Source of the DNA: a candidate division WOR-3 bacterium UBA6260
Lineage (GTDB): Bacteria; Hydrothermota; 32-111
Length of the DNA stretch: 64,000 nucleotides
Direction: 5' to 3'
Assembly (NCBI GenBank): GCA_002441125.1
Contig: DJVI01000009.1
Span: forward strand, 8,175-72,174
Positions 18,571-28,423 of this stretch are shown piece by piece. Under the pieces are notes generated by a model. It worked only from the letters and a program-made list of their open reading frames with translations. It was not told the origin of the DNA and searched no databases. The translations under genes were made by a program, and so were the position numbers. Each line of letters opens with the position of its first letter. Within the stretch, counting starts at the first letter, position 1.

Positions 18571-21129
18571 ACCTGCTATCCTTTTCTTTAAACCTTTTAT
18601 AGAAGTGTTATCATCTTTCTCAATTTTAGAAATCTTTTCAAGATAACCTTTATACATTTTTATCAGATATCTGTATTTATCGTTAGAGATAAGTTTGTAA
18701 ATAGTAATATACTCTTCATAATTTTTTAAATCTCCAACATTCTGCATATACCTTAATGTTGAGGAGAACTCGGAAAGATAGTTAGATATAGCCTGCCTTA
18801 CTATCCTGTCCTTTTCACTATCAATTTTTTTAACGAAATACTCAACCTTATCAAACTTATGTTTTCTCATAGATTCAACTATCTCAACCTTCAACCTGTA
18901 ACTACCATTATCGAAATTTTCGAGTAGGAAGGAGAGATCAACATTTGTATCAAGTTCACCTATCGCGTAGACAACAAGTTCCTTTATTTTGTAATCAGGA
19001 TAGTTAACATTCTCTTTCAAAACATTGAAAGATGGATTGTATTTCATCTGTGAAAGTATATAAATGATATTTTTCTTAGTGTTTTTATCTTCAACTTTTT
19101 GTAGTTTTTGAACTATTTTATTTTTCAAACTATCTGAACAATTTTTGAAAAAGAAATTTATAGCTTCAAGTTCAAGACCATCATCTGTTGAGATTTTTTT
19201 ATCAAGTATATACCTGACAGATTCAGTCTCCCTTTCAAGTAATATCTTTCTTGCTTTTTGAACCTTATAAGAGTTATCCCTAACTGCCCACTCTGAAGAT
19301 ATTTCAAAAATTTTCTCTATCGGAAAATCATTTTTAACAATAAAAGTATCGGGTTCCTTTTTCTCTTCAACAAATCCAACATCAATTCCAAAGCCATAAA
19401 ATCTGTTTATCCAGCTTATAGAATCTCTACTACCACTTCTCGAATAGAAATCTTTTCCTTCACAATCTATGAAAAGTCCAATACCTGAAAATCCTCTCGA
19501 TTCGTTAACATCTCCATTTGAAAGTTTCTCACTGGTAAAGTAAGAATCGTTACCCTTTTTATCGAGAAATATCCCAACGGAATTGTTAAGACCAACTCCC
19601 TGTCCACCTGAAACTGTATAGTTGTCATCACCTTTTTGATCTATCAAAACTCCATAAGCGAAATCATGACCTTCTCCCTGAGATGGTCCAAACCTTGAGA
19701 AATAACTATCATCACCACTGTAATCGAAAAGCCCACCTGTTGAAAGATGTATTCCAGAACCTTGAGCATATTGTGCTGATGTGTAATAATCGTTTCCTGA
19801 AAAATCAAAAAGTAATCCTATACTATGCCAATAACTTCCACCCTGTCCAAATACTGATGAAAAATAGTTATCATTCCCTTTGTAATCAACAAGTATCCCA
19901 ATTCCACCACATGTTCTTGGTCTAAGACCAAAACCAAATCCTTGACTCATCGAAAGGTAATCATTTTCAAGTAATGGTGTATGTTTAAAAAAAGTTCCAG
20001 ATGTATAATTATCATCACCAGAAGAATCTACGAGTATCCCACATCCTTTAACGAATCCAAAACCCTGCGAAAATGCTGAAGAGTAGTATATATCGTTACC
20101 CGATAGATCTATTAACTCTCCCCTTCCATAATAACCAGCCCCCTGAGAGAAGAATCCAGATCTGTAATAATCATTTCCTGAAAGGTCACAAAGTTGGGAG
20201 AACCCTATAAATGCAGCACCAAGAGAAAAATTGGATGTTATATAAATATCGTTCCCGGCAAGATCGTAGAGAAAACTAACTCCATTTATTGAACCAAATG
20301 AAACTCTGAAACTATCTGTTGATAAATACTGGTCGTTACCATCAAAATCAATTATGAATTTAACTCTGTTTGTATAAGGGTATATAACTCCACCACTATT
20401 AACATATTTATCATCACCACCAAGATCTATTATAAAATCGTATTCATCATAGTATGTGTTTGAATAGATATCACCTACAAAAAGTCTTCCATTTGAAAGG
20501 AATGTGTCAATAGGATAAAAAAGACCCTTCATAAAAAATTCTGTGATCTTGGCTTTGAACTGATCTGTTAAAATTTTGATCCTATCAAAATCTGGATCAA
20601 CAAAATATGAGTATGTTATAAGAGAATCAACTTTCAAAGAGTTTGTATCAACATTCAAACCAAAAGATTGTTCTACTCTTCCTTTGTAAATATAGGATAA
20701 GGATTCTTCGAAAAAAAGGAGAGGAATAAGTTGTAATATATCTTTACTCTTATCAACATTAATTTTTATCTTCTCCCTTAAAATTTGATTGACATCTTTT
20801 GTGTAAGCATCTATTAGTTCAAAAGGGTTTGTGAAATTTTCGTAAACATTCTTTTTATCTTTTAAAAATTTCAATTCAACTATTGAATCTAAGTAGAATT
20901 CCCTTTTCTGAACAAGCAAAAGTGGTGAATTCAAAAGTGTATCAGCAAGTTTGAAAAGAAAAGAATCGTTTGATGAAAAATCTTTTTTAAAGTTTAGATC
21001 CTTTTCTATCAAACCAAAATTTTTCATCTTTTCGTTAATTATTCTATAATCGTCCTGCGGAATATTTCCAAAAATTGAAAGACAAAATAAAGTTATGATA
21101 AAGATTTTGATCAAATTTCTAAGAAACAT
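18547..21129 (-). CDS. secreted repeat protein (about 12-14 tandem D-x-x-G-(N/D)-D-x-Y units) with C-terminal HEAT-like region
   Basis: 860 aa. N-terminal signal-peptide-like hydrophobic segment. Central array of repeats such as DLSGNDIYYSSAFSQGFGF, DSSGDDNYTSG, DYKGNDNYFSSVFGQGGS, DFSGNDYYTSAQYAQGSG. Confidence 0.55.
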   Translation of the reverse strand: MFLRNLIKIFIITLFCLSIFGNIPQDDYRIINEKMKNFGLIEKDLNFKKDFSSNDSFLFKLADTLLNSPLLLVQKREFYLDSIVELKFLKDKKNVYENFTNPFELIDAYTKDVNQILREKIKINVDKSKDILQLIPLLFFEESLSYIYKGRVEQSFGLNVDTNSLKVDSLITYSYFVDPDFDRIKILTDQFKAKITEFFMKGLFYPIDTFLSNGRLFVGDIYSNTYYDEYDFIIDLGGDDKYVNSGGVIYPYTNRVKFIIDFDGNDQYLSTDSFRVSFGSINGVSFLYDLAGNDIYITSNFSLGAAFIGFSQLCDLSGNDYYRSGFFSQGAGYYGRGELIDLSGNDIYYSSAFSQGFGFVKGCGILVDSSGDDNYTSGTFFKHTPLLENDYLSMSQGFGFGLRPRTCGGIGILVDYKGNDNYFSSVFGQGGSYWHSIGLLFDFSGNDYYTSAQYAQGSGIHLSTGGLFDYSGDDSYFSRFGPSQGEGHDFAYGVLIDQKGDDNYTVSGGQGVGLNNSVGIFLDKKGNDSYFTSEKLSNGDVNESRGFSGIGLFIDCEGKDFYSRSGSRDSISWINRFYGFGIDVGFVEEKKEPDTFIVKNDFPIEKIFEISSEWAVRDNSYKVQKARKILLERETESVRYILDKKISTDDGLELEAINFFFKNCSDSLKNKIVQKLQKVEDKNTKKNIIYILSQMKYNPSFNVLKENVNYPDYKIKELVVYAIGELDTNVDLSFLLENFDNGSYRLKVEIVESMRKHKFDKVEYFVKKIDSEKDRIVRQAISNYLSEFSSTLRYMQNVGDLKNYEEYITIYKLISNDKYRYLIKMYKGYLEKISKIEKDDNTSIKGLKKRIAGLIEKDDN

Positions 21130-21731
21130 AAAATTTTTCCTTTTTTAAAAGTGAATAAAACTTTATCTTTTATTATCCTGTTACTGACACCTATAGGTGA
21201 ATCAAAATAGAGAGTTCTATTTTTGTATTCATATTCAAAACCTTTTGAAACTATTTTTTCACTCTTTGGTGTTATTGAAAAAAAAGAAACTCTTTTATCT
21301 TTCATATTTAAAAATTTATATATTGTTAAAGGCTTTAAAATGAATATCTCTTCTTTTGAAGTCAGAAGATGGATATTATACTTTTCATATTTTTTTAAAA
21401 GCATTAAAGATGTAAAAAAATGATCTTTTCTTGAACCGGATATCCCTGTTATAAAAATATTTTTATAGCCTTTTCTGATAGAATAAACTATTGCGAGTTC
21501 AATGTCGGTAAAATCTTTCCTTTGAGAAAATTTTATTTTTTCTATTCTTTCAGGTAGATCTTTTTCATCTATAGAATCAAAATCACCTATAACACATAAA
21601 GGTTTTACACTTTTCGGAATATTATTATAACCTCCATCCGCAGCAACTATATTTTCAAAATTTTTTATAGTTCCTTTGGAACAAAGATCCTCTCCGTTAC
21701 CAACTATTAAAATTTCTCTATCATTGTTCAT
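21111..21731 (-). CDS. thiamine pyrophosphokinase
   Basis: 206 aa. VAADGG...VIGDFDSI motif characteristic of the TPK catalytic domain. Confidence 0.65.
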   Translation of the reverse strand: MNNDREILIVGNGEDLCSKGTIKNFENIVAADGGYNNIPKSVKPLCVIGDFDSIDEKDLPERIEKIKFSQRKDFTDIELAIVYSIRKGYKNIFITGISGSRKDHFFTSLMLLKKYEKYNIHLLTSKEEIFILKPLTIYKFLNMKDKRVSFFSITPKSEKIVSKGFEYEYKNRTLYFDSPIGVSNRIIKDKVLFTFKKGKILCFLEI

Positions 21732-21771
21732 TCTTTTAATATATAACTCTACTTTTTTATGTCAACATTTT

Positions 21772-21806
21772 TATAAAAAAAAAAGGGGATCTTTAAAGAC
21801 CCCCTT
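21772..21806 (-). terminator. Rho-independent terminator downstream of the 779-aa secreted protein gene
   Basis: On the minus strand, GC-rich hairpin GGGGGTC-tttaaa-GATCCCC followed by a T-tract of 11-12 (plus-strand A-run 21773-21784), just past the gene's stop. Confidence 0.6.
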
Positions 21807-21826
21807 ATTGGAAAAGTTTTGAAAAT

Positions 21827-24166
21827 TCATTTACCTAAGTATAAAAATTTTCCCTTTGCTAAATTATTTTTTGACTCTATTTTGAAAAAGTAAACACCAC
21901 CGGAGATCTTTTCCTTCCCAAGATCTAAACTTATCCTGTCAACATTAGGATTGTAATCTACACTTTTTATTACTCTTCCATTGTTATCATAAATTTTTAA
22001 TGTTACATTTTCTTTAAGATTTTCGAAAAATGAGATTGAAAATATTCCTGAAGTTATTGTTGAAACATTTTTCACAAAATGTATTTTTTTACCATCTTTC
22101 GAAATTTCATCTATACCTGTAAGTTCAGATGCCTTGAAAAGATTGTGCAGAAGTGGTAGAAAATCCCCAGAAATCTCATCTCCAACAAACCCGTCAGCAG
22201 GGAAGATATTCACTCCTATAACACCACCCTTAGGGGAGGGAAGATTTCTATACCCTAAAAGCCATTCACCATCACTAAATCTTGCGACAGAATCAGCACC
22301 AGCATTTAAAACCAAATAATCTCTAAAATAAGAAACAAGTGAGTCCACATTTTGCATAAATGGATGTGAGGCAATATATGTACCAAGATCACTATAAGAG
22401 TAATGGCTATTTCCGTTTAAAGGTCTAAAAGGATTTATGAGCGTATCCATTATACCACCACGGAGATCACAACCAAATGAAGTAAACCAACAAAAAGTTC
22501 CTGTTATAACCCATTTACCTTCATTAACAAATTGTAGTAAGGTATCTCCAAGGCTATCAGGTTCAAGATAATTCATATTTGGCTGGGTATAAACAAGATC
22601 ATATATTGACAGGTCAACTCTGTTTGGAAGAAAAAGTGCAGCATTGAAGTAATCTATATTTCCAAAATCTGGATACTCTTCAATTTGTTGAATTATATTT
22701 TGAGAACAATTATAATCAGCAACAGCCCACATTATATTTGGATTGTTTCCATATACCCAGTACATATCTATATTTTCACCAATTTGTGAGTACGCATAAC
22801 CATAAGCATACTCAAAAGGCATTGTTGTGGCTATAATTCCACCTTTTTCTATCCTTTTTATGAAAAGTATAGTATCAATATTGTCTGATGTAAGAATTAC
22901 AGGGTATGAATTCTCAGGTAAATTGATCAAACCTCCATGAGAAGAGTGATTCCAACCTGAAAGTGTTGAACTGTTTTCATCAGAAAACTCATTTAAAAAT
23001 GGATGCCACTCTTTCAAAATTGAAACACTATCTTTTGTTTCAAAATGCATAGTAAAACCAAAAGGCATTTCAACACCACTCCAATCGTTAGAATTGTAAG
23101 TTGCACCATTGATCTGTAAAACACCTCCATTCCTGACCCAATCTTCATACCTTACTTTATCTGAAGATAACGCTTGATAAAAGCTATTAGGCTGAGCTGA
23201 GGCGAATATACATTTTTGAAATCTTGTCAGATCTACAAGATAAATTTCACTTCCGATAAAATGATGAAAAGCTATTCTATGATTATAAAGAATATCTTCA
23301 TTCGATGCTAAACCCCATGGGGCTTGGGTTTCAAAGTATGCTACCCTTGTTTTCGCGTATCCAACATCAAACCTGTATGCATAAGTATTCAAATAAGTTG
23401 TAACCCAAATATCGTTACCATCAAAAGCAACTCCTTCCCCTGTATTCGATGGCTCAGGATATGGAAAACTATCAATTTTTGCTGGTGGATCTACACTTAT
23501 ATCAAGTTTGTAAACCTTCTCGTTTACACCATCTAAAACCCAAAGAGTTGAATCTATATCACAATATGCTATATCCATAGGCCATCCAATAATTGTTGCA
23601 ATATGCAAAGTATCTATAATATTTAAAAGAGTATCGGTTACAAAAATAAAACCGCTACTGACACCTCCTCCAGTTGAGGCTATATAGAGTTTTTCACCAT
23701 CACTTGTTACTCCTCTTGTATAGTTTGAACCGGGTGAAATATAAGTAGAAACAGGTGTATGATTTTTATTTATTTTCTCTATGGTACCATTAGTAAAGTT
23801 TGAAATGTAAAGATTATCACCAACAATTCCTATTCCAAAAATTGAACCGAGGTTTGGCATAGGAATAGAATCTAAAATACCATAAATATAGTCAATTTTA
23901 AAAACATATGCAGGGTTTGTTTTATTGTTTGCAAGATAAAAATACCTGCCATCAAATTCTAAACCATTTGATTGTGACCTCTGGTAGTTAAAAGTATCTA
24001 TCGGATTACCATCCAAAGCTAAAGATTTAAAATTTCCAATTTTCCCTTCATAGCCACCAGAAAAAGATGATGAAAAAAGAAATGAGAAAATAAAAAGAGT
24101 TAGAAAAAAGACAGAGATTTTTTTCATATAACCTCCCTTTTTTAAATTTTTTTTATTATACACCAT
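21827..24166 (-). CDS. secreted protein with T9SS-type C-terminal sorting domain
   Basis: 779 aa. Signal peptide. C-terminal ...VTLKIYDNNGRVIKSV...GGVYFFKIESKN...GKFLYLGK resembles the Por/T9SS C-terminal-domain consensus. Confidence 0.55.
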   Translation of the reverse strand: MVYNKKNLKKGGYMKKISVFFLTLFIFSFLFSSSFSGGYEGKIGNFKSLALDGNPIDTFNYQRSQSNGLEFDGRYFYLANNKTNPAYVFKIDYIYGILDSIPMPNLGSIFGIGIVGDNLYISNFTNGTIEKINKNHTPVSTYISPGSNYTRGVTSDGEKLYIASTGGGVSSGFIFVTDTLLNIIDTLHIATIIGWPMDIAYCDIDSTLWVLDGVNEKVYKLDISVDPPAKIDSFPYPEPSNTGEGVAFDGNDIWVTTYLNTYAYRFDVGYAKTRVAYFETQAPWGLASNEDILYNHRIAFHHFIGSEIYLVDLTRFQKCIFASAQPNSFYQALSSDKVRYEDWVRNGGVLQINGATYNSNDWSGVEMPFGFTMHFETKDSVSILKEWHPFLNEFSDENSSTLSGWNHSSHGGLINLPENSYPVILTSDNIDTILFIKRIEKGGIIATTMPFEYAYGYAYSQIGENIDMYWVYGNNPNIMWAVADYNCSQNIIQQIEEYPDFGNIDYFNAALFLPNRVDLSIYDLVYTQPNMNYLEPDSLGDTLLQFVNEGKWVITGTFCWFTSFGCDLRGGIMDTLINPFRPLNGNSHYSYSDLGTYIASHPFMQNVDSLVSYFRDYLVLNAGADSVARFSDGEWLLGYRNLPSPKGGVIGVNIFPADGFVGDEISGDFLPLLHNLFKASELTGIDEISKDGKKIHFVKNVSTITSGIFSISFFENLKENVTLKIYDNNGRVIKSVDYNPNVDRISLDLGKEKISGGVYFFKIESKNNLAKGKFLYLGK

Positions 24167-24183
24167 AAATTTTTAATTTCAAG

Positions 24184-26484
24184 TTAAAAAAATTCAATTA
24201 TTGTCACTCCATCTCCCCCTTCATCTAATGGGGCTGGAGAAAAACCTTTAACGAATTTCACCCCTTTTAAAAATGACCGTATCTTATCTTTCAAAATACC
24301 TTTTCCATGTCCATGTATAACTCTTACCCTTTTAATTCCAGAACCTGAAGCTTTCAAAATGTAGTTTTCAAGTTCTTCCAATGCTTCATCAGAAAATTTT
24401 CCTCTAAGATCTATCTCCTCTTTTATATCTTCATCAACATAGTATCTCTTTTCAACACCATCCTTTCTTTCAATTATGTTAACTATATTTGCCAGATTGG
24501 TTTTCAAAATAACTCCATTTATATCTATAGAAACTCTATCCCCATCAATATTTTTGACAATCCCTTCAACTTTATCTCTAAGCTGAACAGTATCTCCCGG
24601 TTTAATAATTAAATTTTCTTTAATTGAAGATTTTTCACCTTCTTTAATAACAACATTCTCATCCAAAAATTTTCTAAAATTTTTTATTATCTCTTTCTTT
24701 TTACTCTTTTCTTTACTCTCGGTTAATTCTCTAACAACCTTTTCAAACTCACTCCTTAAACTCTCTATCTTTTGGTTTATCCTATTTCTATACTCTTTTT
24801 CCATCATATTTTTTTTATCCAAATAATCATCCAACTCTTTTTTTGTTATTTCCTCTATTTTCATTTGACTTTTTTTCAAAAGTTCTATTTTTTCTCTTTC
24901 AGATTCCAATTTTTCTATCTTTATCTGGTAATCTCTTATTATCTGGGTATAATCCAAAAAATCTTTCCCAACTATTCTATAACTCTCTTCAATTATTTTT
25001 TCTGGAAAACCATATTTCTTTAAAAGAGAAAACATCCCAGATTGCCCTACAGTCCCATATTCGAGTTCAAAATAAGGGATATTATTCTCAAAATCATATT
25101 TCATAGCACAGGTAGAAATTTTTTCGTTTTTTAAAGAAAAATCTTTTATAGGGTCAAAATGTGTTGTGAAAACTAAGGTAGATTCTTTTTCCAAAAAAGT
25201 TTTTATAAGTGATATAGCAAAAGATGTTCCCTCTTTAATAGAAGTCCCAGTTCCAACCTCATCAAGAAGTATAAGAGAGTTTTCATCACAATTTTCAACT
25301 ATTTCCTTATAGTTTAAGAGATGAGAAGCAAAAGTAGAAATACCATCCTCCAAAGATTGGTCATCACCTATATCACAGAAAATTTTATCAAACAACCTTA
25401 TCTTTGAAAATTCACTTGAACATACAGGAAGCCCAAGTTTAGTTAAGAGTGCTGAAACTCCAATAGTTTTAAGCACTGCGGTTTTACCACCCATGTTGGG
25501 TCCAGTTATCAAAAGTGATCTATTCTTTTCAATCCTTATATTTACAGGTTTTGCATCTTTACCTTTTACTTTTTTTATTATAGGATGGAAAACCCTTACA
25601 AGTTCAATATCATCATCTATCTGTATAAAGTTTGCATCATACTCATTCATAAAAAGAAGAATAGAATTTATAAAATCTATCTTCGGAATAAAACTTATAA
25701 AAATAGAGAAAATTGAAGAATTAGACAAGATATTATCTTTCAACTCTTCAAGTATCTTTGCTATCTCAAGTCTTTCCTCCTCTTTCAATTCGTTCAATCT
25801 ATTGTTCAAAAAAACAAGCTCTTCAGGTTCAATAAAAACTGTTCTTTTCGTGTTCGAATACGAATGGAAAACTCCTTTCACTCTGTTTTTTTCATGAACA
25901 TCCACCTGAAGAACTATCCTGTTATCAACAAGAGTAATGTTTGCCTCTGTAAGATATTTTTCATACTTTTTAAGTATCTTTGATATGATTCTGTCCTGAG
26001 AGGAAATAAGTTTATTTATATTTTTTCTAATCTGTGAAAGTTTCAACGATGCTTCATCTTTTATTTTCCCATCATCATCAACTATCTTTTCTATGTTATC
26101 CTTAAACAGGTATACTTTCTGAATATCGAATTGAAAATCAAAAAATGAAAAAAAATAGTTTTTATCAGCTTTGAAAAATTTTAAAGTATAATCAATTGAA
26201 CTCTTTATTTCAAAAAGATCTTCCTCTACAAGATGCCCATTCAAATTCTTTAGCCTTTCAGTTATTTCATCAATTTTAGAAAAACCGTTAAAAGGAAGTT
26301 TCAAAAAGATTTTTTTATTGTATTCGGTTACAATATCTTTTAATTTTGAATATTCTTCTTTATTCCTTATATAACTTAGGTTATCAAATTTTTCTTTGGT
26401 AGATTTTAAAAGGGAATTTTTCTTAAACTCTTCCAAGATAAGAGAAAGTTCTAACTTTTCCCTTTCCCTAATGTTTTCTAACAT
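24184..26484 (-). CDS. mutS2: endonuclease MutS2 (MutS ATPase domain plus C-terminal Smr domain)
   Basis: 766 aa. Walker A LITGPNMGGKT, Walker B LLDEVGTGT, C-terminal Smr (IDLRG...VRVIHGHGKGILK). Confidence 0.85.
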   Translation of the reverse strand: MLENIREREKLELSLILEEFKKNSLLKSTKEKFDNLSYIRNKEEYSKLKDIVTEYNKKIFLKLPFNGFSKIDEITERLKNLNGHLVEEDLFEIKSSIDYTLKFFKADKNYFFSFFDFQFDIQKVYLFKDNIEKIVDDDGKIKDEASLKLSQIRKNINKLISSQDRIISKILKKYEKYLTEANITLVDNRIVLQVDVHEKNRVKGVFHSYSNTKRTVFIEPEELVFLNNRLNELKEEERLEIAKILEELKDNILSNSSIFSIFISFIPKIDFINSILLFMNEYDANFIQIDDDIELVRVFHPIIKKVKGKDAKPVNIRIEKNRSLLITGPNMGGKTAVLKTIGVSALLTKLGLPVCSSEFSKIRLFDKIFCDIGDDQSLEDGISTFASHLLNYKEIVENCDENSLILLDEVGTGTSIKEGTSFAISLIKTFLEKESTLVFTTHFDPIKDFSLKNEKISTCAMKYDFENNIPYFELEYGTVGQSGMFSLLKKYGFPEKIIEESYRIVGKDFLDYTQIIRDYQIKIEKLESEREKIELLKKSQMKIEEITKKELDDYLDKKNMMEKEYRNRINQKIESLRSEFEKVVRELTESKEKSKKKEIIKNFRKFLDENVVIKEGEKSSIKENLIIKPGDTVQLRDKVEGIVKNIDGDRVSIDINGVILKTNLANIVNIIERKDGVEKRYYVDEDIKEEIDLRGKFSDEALEELENYILKASGSGIKRVRVIHGHGKGILKDKIRSFLKGVKFVKGFSPAPLDEGGDGVTIIEFF

Positions 26485-26950
26485 TTTTTAAAATCTCAGA
26501 ACTTATAAAAATTTTATAATAATTTAAAATTAAACTCTTCTCAAAACTTTTCAGAAAACTTACACCTAAATTTAAAGATACCAAAAAATTCAAAATAGCA
26601 CCTATCAGAAGAAAAGTAATTAAACCCCAAACCAAAAAGCCAAGAATCTTGTCGAATATTGTCAGAGGTGTTTTTTTCAATATATTGACTATTATCATAA
26701 CTACAAGAATTATAATGACAAAAACTATTATAAGAAGGATAAGGAATGATAGAAATTTTAAAAGATTCCCATCAATTTTTATATATCTTACCAAAACATT
26801 TGCAAAAGGTATATAATTTTTTAATGTAATGAAGAATGAAACCAAAAAAGCGAAAATATATCCGAAAGGTTGTAAAATTCCTTTAAAAAAACCTATAATA
26901 GAACTAATGAGGATTAAAGTCGATGAAACTATATCGACTATGTTCATCAA
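26468..26950 (-). CDS. CvpA-family membrane protein
   Basis: 160 aa, four hydrophobic segments. N-terminal IVDIVSSTLILISSIIGFFKG pattern typical of CvpA. Confidence 0.55.
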   Translation of the reverse strand: MMNIVDIVSSTLILISSIIGFFKGILQPFGYIFAFLVSFFITLKNYIPFANVLVRYIKIDGNLLKFLSFLILLIIVFVIIILVVMIIVNILKKTPLTIFDKILGFLVWGLITFLLIGAILNFLVSLNLGVSFLKSFEKSLILNYYKIFISSEILKNVRKH

Positions 26951-26951
26951 T

Positions 26952-27155
26952 TTAATCCTTCATCATGTTTGAACGATAGCTTTTCCTTACAGCTTGGATT
27001 TTTTCTCTTTTCTTTATTTCACTAGGTTTTTCATAGAATTGATGTTTTTTAATCTCACTTAAAATTCCAGCTTTTTCACACAATCTTTTGAACCTTTTCA
27101 ACGCTCCATCAAAAGATTCACCTTCTCTTACTTTTACTCCTGGCATTAAAATCAC
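26952..27155 (-). CDS. rpsU: 30S ribosomal protein S21
   Basis: [43 protein letters not shown] is a near-canonical S21 sequence. Confidence 0.85.
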   Translation of the reverse strand: MILMPGVKVREGESFDGALKRFKRLCEKAGILSEIKKHQFYEKPSEIKKREKIQAVRKSYRSNMMKD

Positions 27156-27180
27156 CTCACTTTGGTTAATTTTTTATCGT

Positions 27181-27208
27181 ATTATATTAAAAATCTATAA
27201 ATTGTCAA
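27181..27208 (-). promoter_or_regulatory. Consensus sigma70-type promoter for rpsU
   Basis: Minus-strand TTGACA (27203-27208), 16-nt spacer, TATAAT (27181-27186), about 25 nt upstream of rpsU. Confidence 0.5.
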
Positions 27209-27263
27209 CAAAAATTTGGAAAATGTAAAAATTTCTTTTTTTTGGTAAAATAAAAAAATGATA

Positions 27264-27291
27264 TTGACAAAACAAAAAAAAATTATATAAT
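27264..27291 (+). promoter_or_regulatory. Consensus sigma70-type promoter for the OmpA-family gene (divergent from the rpsU promoter)
   Basis: TTGACA (27264-27269), 16-nt spacer, TATAAT (27286-27291). The -10 ends 9 nt before the annotated ATG at 27301, so the transcript may be leaderless or the true start lies downstream. Confidence 0.45.
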
Positions 27292-27300
27292 TTTTACAGA

Positions 27301-28308
27301 ATGAAAAGAATAATCAATATCTTTTTAATCTTTTTTCATTTTTCCTCTTTACTTGTTTTCGGGAAGGGGGTGGGGGAGATAGAATTTATAAAGGGGATTT
27401 ATAATTATAGAGGGGGTTGTTTATTTTCAAATTCTTCTTCCCCAAAAAGTTTTCTCAATTTCAAAAAGCATGAAGGATTTTTGGTTGCTAATGTTTTCTG
27501 TTTAGAGGATGGTTCTGAATTGGATGCTTTGATTTTAATAGGTAAAGAAAAATTCTTTATTGAAGATGGGAACAAAAAGATTAAATTAAAAGAGGGGAAA
27601 TACAAAGTAAAATTGTTATCCGATGAGATGGAACCTTTCGAAGATAGTGTAAAAATTTTTAAGGATTCAACTACAGTTAAAATATTTCAACTGAAACCTG
27701 TTGGAAAAAAGGTTGAGTTAAAAGGTAAAATTTTAGATTTTGAGAATTCAAAACCTATTCCTTTTTATTTTGATGCGACAAATTGCAAGAACTATTACGA
27801 TTGCGATTACGATTCTTTAACAGGGATATTCAGGATAAGCGGTTTTGTAGGCCTTTGCACCTTACAGATTTATCCTTATGGTGATTATTTACCTGTGTTA
27901 AGAGAAATAAATTTAACTGAAGATTGTGATACATTCCCTGATATATATATAGTGAATGGTAATGGAAACATTACAAAAAATTTGAGTTCGGTGAAATTTA
28001 AAAATAACAGTTTTATTTTAGAAAAAAATTCTTTTGAAGAACTTGATAGAATAGTTAATATTTTAAAAGATTATCCATCTTTAAAAATAAAGATCCATTC
28101 TTTTACAGATGACTCTGGAAAAGCTTCCGAAAATTTAAAACTGTCAGAAAAAAGGTGCGAGACGGTTAGGGAATATTTTTTGGAGAAAGGTATTGAAGAG
28201 GAGAGAATATCTATTAAAGGTTTTGGAGAGACCATGAATCTTTTCGACAACGAAACGAAAGACAACAGGTTAAAGAATAGAAGGATAGAGATAACTTTAT
28301 ACAGGTAG
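27301..28308 (+). CDS. OmpA-family peptidoglycan-binding protein
   Basis: 335 aa. Signal peptide. C-terminal OmpA-like domain (...IHSFTDDSGKASENLKLSEKRCETVREYF...NRRIEITL). Confidence 0.7.
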   Translation: MKRIINIFLIFFHFSSLLVFGKGVGEIEFIKGIYNYRGGCLFSNSSSPKSFLNFKKHEGFLVANVFCLEDGSELDALILIGKEKFFIEDGNKKIKLKEGKYKVKLLSDEMEPFEDSVKIFKDSTTVKIFQLKPVGKKVELKGKILDFENSKPIPFYFDATNCKNYYDCDYDSLTGIFRISGFVGLCTLQIYPYGDYLPVLREINLTEDCDTFPDIYIVNGNGNITKNLSSVKFKNNSFILEKNSFEELDRIVNILKDYPSLKIKIHSFTDDSGKASENLKLSEKRCETVREYFLEKGIEEERISIKGFGETMNLFDNETKDNRLKNRRIEITLYR

Positions 28309-28423
28309 TTAGTCTCCAAAAACCTTTAATATTATTCTCTTTCGAAAAATCCAATGATTAAAATTAGAAATTTTTCAAAAATCTAAAAAATAATATTTGG
28401 GAGAATTTTATTATTTTGGCTAT

